A stretch of DNA of 64,000 nt, taken from positions 374-64,373 of the forward strand of contig JABHNB010000005.1 of NCBI GenBank assembly GCA_018694115.1, read 5' to 3'. Shown piece by piece: positions 58,853 to 64,000 of the stretch; positions within the stretch are counted from its first letter, which is position 1; every line of letters begins with the position of its first letter. The position numbers and the translations under genes were made by a program. Source of the stretch: an archaeon. Its GTDB lineage: Archaea > Nanobdellota > Nanobdellia > Pacearchaeales > GW2011-AR1. The notes under the pieces were generated by a model. It ran no database searches. It was not told the origin of the DNA and saw only the letters and a program-made list of their open reading frames with translations.

Positions 58853-59445
58853 TCTAGATGTTTAGTACAATTTAATAATTTCAAGTTCATTATCCTATCT
58901 CTCTCTTCAAAAATAGTGACCGAAGTATTCCCCAATTTTTTAATTTCGCTTAATTCTTCAGCCTTTTTGCAAAGCAAATTCCCAATTATAGCTTTCCCAA
59001 TTCCATTATGCCCTACCAAAAGAATATTTTCTTCAAATCTTTTCATAGTTTCCTTGATCAATGATCCCGCCCTAGAAAAAAAGCTTTTGTTATCCTCGGC
59101 ATTTCCCCCAGAGATATGGTCTGCAATCGACTCAGTCTTTTGGATTCCAAATTCTTCTTTAGTTTTTCCCTGAAATTCTCCCAAAAATCTTTCTCTCAAT
59201 CTTTTATCTAAAATAAAATCGATATCTTGATGGAACTTCGCAACAATTCTAGCGGTATCTAATGCCCGAGCCAAATCACTAGAAATTATCAGATCAATCC
59301 TTTTTCTCTTTAGCCTCTCAGCCAGTTTTTCGGCTTGCCCCCTCCCCAGTTCAGAAAGCGTCCCTGGAAGATGACCCTGGATTATACCTCGCCTATTTTC
59401 TTCAGTCTCGCCATGTCTAGTAATTATCAATTTCATATCTCGCAC
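58849..59445 (-). CDS. histidine phosphatase (phosphoglycerate mutase family)
   Basis: LIITRHGETEEN catalytic RHG motif, and HNGIGKA near the C-terminus. Confidence 0.65.
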   Translation of the reverse strand: MRDMKLIITRHGETEENRRGIIQGHLPGTLSELGRGQAEKLAERLKRKRIDLIISSDLARALDTARIVAKFHQDIDFILDKRLRERFLGEFQGKTKEEFGIQKTESIADHISGGNAEDNKSFFSRAGSLIKETMKRFEENILLVGHNGIGKAIIGNLLCKKAEELSEIKKLGNTSVTIFEERDRIMNLKLLNCTKHLE

Positions 59446-60440
59446 CCCTTATTACTTTTCTTTACAATCTTCGCAACAAAAAACCCATCAGTATCATTAT
59501 CTTGGGGATATAATCTCAAACACTTCTCAACACCCTTATCCAACGACTTACCTTCCCACTCACAAACACCACATCTAAACTTCAAGGGTAGTTTAATCTG
59601 TTCAACCTCAACATCAAAATTCTTAATCAAATGATCCACAATCATTTCATCCTCTTCTGGAGCCAGAGTACATGTAGAATAAATCATCTCGCCACCAATC
59701 CTAAGCAATTTAATTGCAGACTCAGCCAATTTTCTCTGAGTCCTAGCAATCTTCTTGATCATATGGGGATTCCACATCAAGAAGGTCTTTGGACTTTTTC
59801 TCAAAGTTCCCTCGCCAGAACACGGTGCATCAACAAGAATTTTATCAAATCGGACTTTTGACTTTTTCAGCATCCGCTCACAAAATGCAACACCTTCCTT
59901 CCTAGTCACAATTGTATTCATTACTCCGCATCTCTCTAAATTAGAATTGAGGATCCCAATTCGCCCAAGATTAACTTCATTAGCGATAATTGTCCCTTGA
60001 TTTTCCATCATAGCTGCAGCCTGAGTAGTTTTACTTCCGGGTGAAGCACATAAATCTAAAATAATCTCTCCTGCTTTAGGACCTAATGCCAACATGGGAA
60101 GCATAGAACTTATTTCCTGAACATAAAATTGTCCCATTAAATGTTCCCTAGAATTTCCAAGCTCTCCTGGTTTCAATCCCGGCCCAACAACCATAACTTC
60201 AGGAAATTCTTCAAACGGTTGTTTAATCTTCCAGCCCTTTTCTTCAAGCCTTTCTTTCAATTCATCCGGAGAAATCTTAAGCGTGTTACATCTAATAGAG
60301 TTAGGTGTGGGCGTATATGATATTTCAAAGAACTCTTTAGCCTCTTCCTTTCCAAGTAAGGCTTCCATTCTCTCAACAAAACCTTCCTTTGGGGGAAATT
60401 TCTCTTTCAAATACTCTGGATATGATTTCTTCTTGTCCAT
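59433..60440 (-). CDS. NOL1/NOP2/Sun-family RNA cytosine-C5 methyltransferase
   Basis: SAM motif ILDLCASPGSKT. Catalytic DAPCSGEG...(motif IV) and CTL (motif VI). Confidence 0.8.
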   Translation of the reverse strand: MDKKKSYPEYLKEKFPPKEGFVERMEALLGKEEAKEFFEISYTPTPNSIRCNTLKISPDELKERLEEKGWKIKQPFEEFPEVMVVGPGLKPGELGNSREHLMGQFYVQEISSMLPMLALGPKAGEIILDLCASPGSKTTQAAAMMENQGTIIANEVNLGRIGILNSNLERCGVMNTIVTRKEGVAFCERMLKKSKVRFDKILVDAPCSGEGTLRKSPKTFLMWNPHMIKKIARTQRKLAESAIKLLRIGGEMIYSTCTLAPEEDEMIVDHLIKNFDVEVEQIKLPLKFRCGVCEWEGKSLDKGVEKCLRLYPQDNDTDGFFVAKIVKKSNKGCEI

Positions 60441-60554
60441 AATACAACTACCAGAATTCCCTATAAAAACCTAATCATGCCTGAATAAATTAACAACTAC
60501 TCGTATAAAAAATGACAAAAGATATATATATAGTTCCTCCACATAATTATAATT

Positions 60555-60752
60555 ATGAACTTAGATATGGTGGATCCAACACTTCCAGTGCCTGACGATA
60601 TGCCTTATGGTATTTTTGCAATGCACAGTCGTACTTTAAGAACTCCCCTAACTAGGGAAGAATGCTTTGCACTTGCTAATGGCCCTATCGCGGCCCTTCA
60701 GCCAGCCCTTAAAAAAGATTTGGATGATTATCGTGCAACATTTCAAAAGTAA
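60555..60752 (+). CDS. small hypothetical protein (65 aa)
   Basis: Short ORF with locally higher GC, directly upstream of the second CYTH gene. May not be coding. Confidence 0.2.
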   Translation: MNLDMVDPTLPVPDDMPYGIFAMHSRTLRTPLTREECFALANGPIAALQPALKKDLDDYRATFQK

Positions 60753-60817
60753 ATTCTGCTTCTCTAGAGAATCTCGGAACACAAATCCTTATTAATCTCG
60801 CAGTCTCAAAAGACACT

Positions 60818-61345
60818 ATGAATATAGAAACCGAAGTTCGTAGCTTTATTTCAAAAGAGAAATTTGACAAATTACTTGATTTCTTTAAGCAAAATGCTGA
60901 ATTAATAAAAGAAGATTCTCAAGAGACTTCCTATTTTGACTGTGATGAAGACTTAAGAATTCAAAAAAATGATTTTTTCGCAAAGATTTGGATGAAGAAA
61001 GGAAAACTCCATGATGATTCTAGAGAAGAGATTGAAATTAAGTTTGATAAAAGTGAATTCGAAAATTTAGAGAAATTATTTCTTGCCTTGAAGTATAATA
61101 CTGAGATAAAATGGTTCAGAAAAAGATCTCAATTTAAATGGGACGATATAACTGTTTGCCTAGACTATACAAAAGGATATGGCCATATCATAGAACTTGA
61201 GAAAATGTGCACTGAAGAAACAAAAGAAAGAGAGTTTGAAATACTTAAACAAAAACTCCAGTCTTTGGGCGTAAACATATCTTCAAAAGAAGAATTTAAT
61301 CAAAAGTTCCAATATTACAAGGAGAATTGGAGATCTCTAATCTAA
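60818..61345 (+). CDS. CYTH-like domain protein, paralog 2
   Basis: N-terminal IETEVRSF (ExExR variant of ExExK). Internal EEIEIKFD and C-terminal GHIIELEKM acidic strands. Confidence 0.45.
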   Translation: MNIETEVRSFISKEKFDKLLDFFKQNAELIKEDSQETSYFDCDEDLRIQKNDFFAKIWMKKGKLHDDSREEIEIKFDKSEFENLEKLFLALKYNTEIKWFRKRSQFKWDDITVCLDYTKGYGHIIELEKMCTEETKEREFEILKQKLQSLGVNISSKEEFNQKFQYYKENWRSLI

Positions 61346-61360
61346 GAGAACCATATTAAT

Positions 61361-61819
61361 TTATTTTTTATCCCAATCAAAAACTAGCTCATCATCCCAA
61401 TAATGGAAATGGCACCGATCATATAAACATCTACTAGCAAAGAAACCTCCATCGGCTTCCTTATCATAAACTGTCGTTAGACTATTCCATCTTTCCTTAC
61501 TTAAAAAAACATAAATCCCCAAACTTTCCCTAAAATTAACCTCATCGGGATAACATTGCATATGAAATCCAGATTCTTCGAATGTGCCACTCTCTACTCC
61601 ATCACGGACATATAAAAAAACTCTAGGGTGATTAGCTTCATCAACCTCACATTCAAGAAGATCTTTTCCTTCGCCAATCTTCACCTTATCTTCCTCTCCC
61701 AAACATACGCTCAAACCGGTTGCACCAAAATAGGCTCTCATAAATATTAAAAGAAGTACAGGTTTATTAATTAAATCCTTACAGTTCCATACGTCCGCTT
61801 GAGTCGCAAGGCGTACCAC
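61361..61819 (-). CDS. hypothetical protein
   Basis: 152-aa ORF with no motif. Confidence 0.3.
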   Translation of the reverse strand: MVRLATQADVWNCKDLINKPVLLLIFMRAYFGATGLSVCLGEEDKVKIGEGKDLLECEVDEANHPRVFLYVRDGVESGTFEESGFHMQCYPDEVNFRESLGIYVFLSKERWNSLTTVYDKEADGGFFASRCLYDRCHFHYWDDELVFDWDKK

Positions 61820-62033
61820 TAATCAGATTATAAAGCAAGATTCCAACTCCTGCAGCTAATGCCGGACCAGAATAAATACTTTCACTAAATTCTCCCATGC
61901 TTGGTAGTGCTAATGATTCTGCAACTGTCATTCCCCTATTGATTACATCACCAGCCACACAAGTTCCTAAGATTGCAAGTCCCGGAATTCCTCCAGCCAA
62001 TATGTTTTTCAGTATTGTTCCCATACTAAACAT
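61779..62033 (-). CDS. small Gly-rich membrane protein
   Basis: 84-aa ORF with two hydrophobic Gly/Ala-rich segments. Low support. Confidence 0.25.
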   Translation of the reverse strand: MFSMGTILKNILAGGIPGLAILGTCVAGDVINRGMTVAESLALPSMGEFSESIYSGPALAAGVGILLYNLISGTPCDSSGRMEL

Positions 62034-62044
62034 TAGTAGAATTA

Positions 62045-63034
62045 CTATTTAAACCTTTCTATCTGTAACCACTTGAAAGTAACTAATCTATAAACCAGAA
62101 AGCATCCACAAAGAACTGCAATGGCCAACGGAATCAAATTAATCGACTGCTGCGAGACAAACTCTCCGACAACATTTCCCGTAATTGTTCTAGACGAAAT
62201 CAAAAAGAATGCCAGAAGGCTCACCACAAAGCCCGCAATAACCTTTCCCTCCAGACTATCACCTTCCTTCCCATATCTCTTATTTTTCCTAAAAAACCGA
62301 TTTCTCGCTTCCTTATCTGATAATGAGTAGAACTCTTTCAAATCTCCCACCTTCTCCAAATCTGTCTCAGAAGCAAAATGATATGGTCTCACATGAAGAA
62401 GGCTCTTAACATGTTCTCCAAAGCCCCTTTTTTCAGCCTCCTTTCCAATCTTCTGCATTTTCGTTTCATCTCCTTCCTCCTCTGCCTCACGATACTGTTT
62501 CTTTAACCCGGGGAAATCTTTCTCTCTCTTTGTATCAAGCAACTCCTTTCTAATTTCAGGATATGTATTAAATTCATAAGTTGATTCAAAAGACCTCTCT
62601 CCCTCTGGAAAGTAGTCTCCCTTTTGGGATTCATTACTCGCTTTGTATAAAAATTTACTTCCTAGAAATCCAAAAAATTCATCGCTATGGGCCTCACCTT
62701 CACTAAATTCCTGTCCCACCCGGCCCTTAAGATTCGCCCTTACATAATGGCCTAACTCTTCCCCAAGTGTATCCCCCATATGAAATGCAAACTCTTCATC
62801 CCCCACCAAAATAACATTGTTTACTTGATCATACTCCGCACGCTCACCAGAAACAAATTCCAATTTTGGAAAGTCTTTCTTGGATATCCCAAATTCTTTT
62901 GAAAAATAGTCTACTGCAGAACCATAAAACTTCCCAACTCTCTTTTCCTCACCTTCTATATCCCTTAATTGAGCATATTTTCTTTTCATATTTTCATAAT
63001 GGGATCCATGTTTAAAAGAATATCTTAATTCCAC
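62045..63034 (-). CDS. hypothetical protein with C-terminal TM anchor
   Basis: 329 aa. Two C-terminal TM helices. Charged N-terminal domain. Confidence 0.35.
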   Translation of the reverse strand: MELRYSFKHGSHYENMKRKYAQLRDIEGEEKRVGKFYGSAVDYFSKEFGISKKDFPKLEFVSGERAEYDQVNNVILVGDEEFAFHMGDTLGEELGHYVRANLKGRVGQEFSEGEAHSDEFFGFLGSKFLYKASNESQKGDYFPEGERSFESTYEFNTYPEIRKELLDTKREKDFPGLKKQYREAEEEGDETKMQKIGKEAEKRGFGEHVKSLLHVRPYHFASETDLEKVGDLKEFYSLSDKEARNRFFRKNKRYGKEGDSLEGKVIAGFVVSLLAFFLISSRTITGNVVGEFVSQQSINLIPLAIAVLCGCFLVYRLVTFKWLQIERFK

Positions 63035-63714
63035 TATTCATTAACTTCGGGCAGACTTCCAGCCATAGAAATAATATAAGACTTATTCTCGGCATCATGA
63101 ACTGGGGGCCACTGCCATTTCAATTCAATTCCAACTTCATGCATTAAGCCAGTAAGATTAATTCCCCGCGCTTCAGGGCATCGATCAACAGTCAAATTCA
63201 GATGTTGCTCAAGAAAACGTTCTATCTCTTCTCGATGTTCCTTTCTTGCAGTTGGCTGCCATCGCCGAGGATTATACCACTCTCTTGCAGAAGTCCACGG
63301 CCCAACATTTGGCTTGGAAAAGTACTCTTCAGGCCATTCTGGATGTAACTCTCGCATTCTCGCCTCCACTTCATTCACAAATTCAGTCGTTCTTCTGGGA
63401 TGGTCTGGATAAGTCATCATCCCCCAATCGGGATGGGTCGCCCGCATCCTCTCTGCAAATTCACCAACCGGAAATTCAGTAAAAATAATGTACATATCTT
63501 TGTCAAAATCAAAATAATCAGAAATCAATTCTTGGGGCGGACATCCATCCTTTTTCCCACAATTCGGACATCCTCGCGGATGACCATAATATGGCGTTCC
63601 ACATAATTCCCTTATAGCATCATCATACGGGATAATCGATGAATCAATCTTCATTATCATGGTCTGAAAATCCCAGACAAATATTATAAATTTAACTGTG
63701 ATAGAATAGTACAT
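63034..63714 (-). CDS. hypothetical Cys/Trp-rich protein
   Basis: Cys cluster CGTPYYGHPRGCPNCGKKDGCPP. Likely internal start at MIMKIDSS. Confidence 0.35.
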   Translation of the reverse strand: MYYSITVKFIIFVWDFQTMIMKIDSSIIPYDDAIRELCGTPYYGHPRGCPNCGKKDGCPPQELISDYFDFDKDMYIIFTEFPVGEFAERMRATHPDWGMMTYPDHPRRTTEFVNEVEARMRELHPEWPEEYFSKPNVGPWTSAREWYNPRRWQPTARKEHREEIERFLEQHLNLTVDRCPEARGINLTGLMHEVGIELKWQWPPVHDAENKSYIISMAGSLPEVNE

Positions 63715-63747
63715 AACAATTATATAATCCCATTTCCCCGTATTTTC

Positions 63748-64000
63748 ATGAGGTACGATAAACTAGTGCGGGATAGAATCCCCAAAATCATCCGAGATAG
63801 TGGGGGAATCCCCATAACCCATAGTGCTTCGAGGGAAGAGTATGGGACAAGACTAAAGGCCAAGCTCCAGGAAGAAGTCGATGAATATCTTAAGGAACCA
63901 AGCGGAGAAGAACTTGCAGATATCATGGAGGTAGTCTTTGCATTGGGGGAATTACAAAGCCTAGGCCGGTATGATCTCGAAAAAATACGGAGAGAAAAGG
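63748..64000 (+). CDS. MazG/HisE-like all-alpha NTP pyrophosphohydrolase (5' partial; runs off the window end)
   Basis: MRYDKLVRDRIPKIIRDSGG...KLQEEVDEY...EELADIMEVVFAL is the classic N-terminal pattern of this house-cleaning NTP-PPase family. Not in the ORF track because it is truncated. Coordinates +/-2. Confidence 0.5.
   Translation, partial: MRYDKLVRDRIPKIIRDSGGIPITHSASREEYGTRLKAKLQEEVDEYLKEPSGEELADIMEVVFALGELQSLGRYDLEKIRREK

Noticed and set aside
1-64000. rRNA genes, transposases, integrases, toxin-antitoxin pairs
   Set aside because: I scanned both strands' ORF translations and conserved RNA motifs. No 16S/23S/5S-like segments, no DDE/IS200/tyrosine-recombinase signatures, and no small paired TA-like ORFs were recognised.

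Overview
This is a low-GC archaeal chromosomal segment with compact, frequently overlapping genes. I could not compute GC; roughly 35-40% by eye. The archaeal assignment is inference from the gene content: RadB, type IA topoisomerase, MCM, TBP, TFS, aRF1 (NIKS and GGQ motifs), Cbf5, CDC48, DNA ligase, ribosomal proteins eL15/eL31/eL39/eS19, NAC-alpha and Sec61-beta. The organisation (a split MetRS, Lys-rich tails) resembles small-genome DPANN-type lineages. I call about 88 CDS, two tRNAs (Ile-GAU on the minus strand near 38.1 kb, Lys-CUU on the plus strand near 52.3 kb), no rRNA, no CRISPR array and no recognisable transposase or integrase. Coordinates I derived by hand (tRNAs, repeats, sub-60-aa ORFs, internal restarts) may be off by 1-2 nt. 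The most interesting content is a recurring nucleoside/nucleotide-centric gene set scattered through otherwise housekeeping DNA. (1) At 7.5-10.7 kb: an AAA_28-type nucleoside kinase, a CYTH triphosphate-tunnel enzyme, a hypothetical, and two tandem paralogous small radical-SAM enzymes. (2) At 18.4-20.7 kb: a Zn-ribbon/HTH protein, a nucleoside 2-deoxyribosyltransferase (NDT)-like protein and a viperin-like radical-SAM enzyme. (3) At 40.5-44 kb: PnuC, NadR, an ADP-ribosylglycohydrolase, a SLOG-like protein and a second NDT-like paralog. There is also a SPASM radical-SAM gene at 1.2 kb, a second CYTH paralog at 60.8 kb, and Nudix and MazG-like hydrolases. Other notable points: tRNA-Lys is followed by a perfect 36-bp direct repeat of its 3' end (att-like scar); MetRS is split, with a chorismate mutase gene lying between the catalytic core and the tRNA-binding domain; ScpB carries an N-terminal 66-bp tandem acidic repeat; there is a tandem pair of paralogous unknown genes at 35.8-36.9 kb; and two small genes missed by the >=60-aa ORF track (a Sec61-beta-like ORF and a basic 59-aa ORF after eL15).
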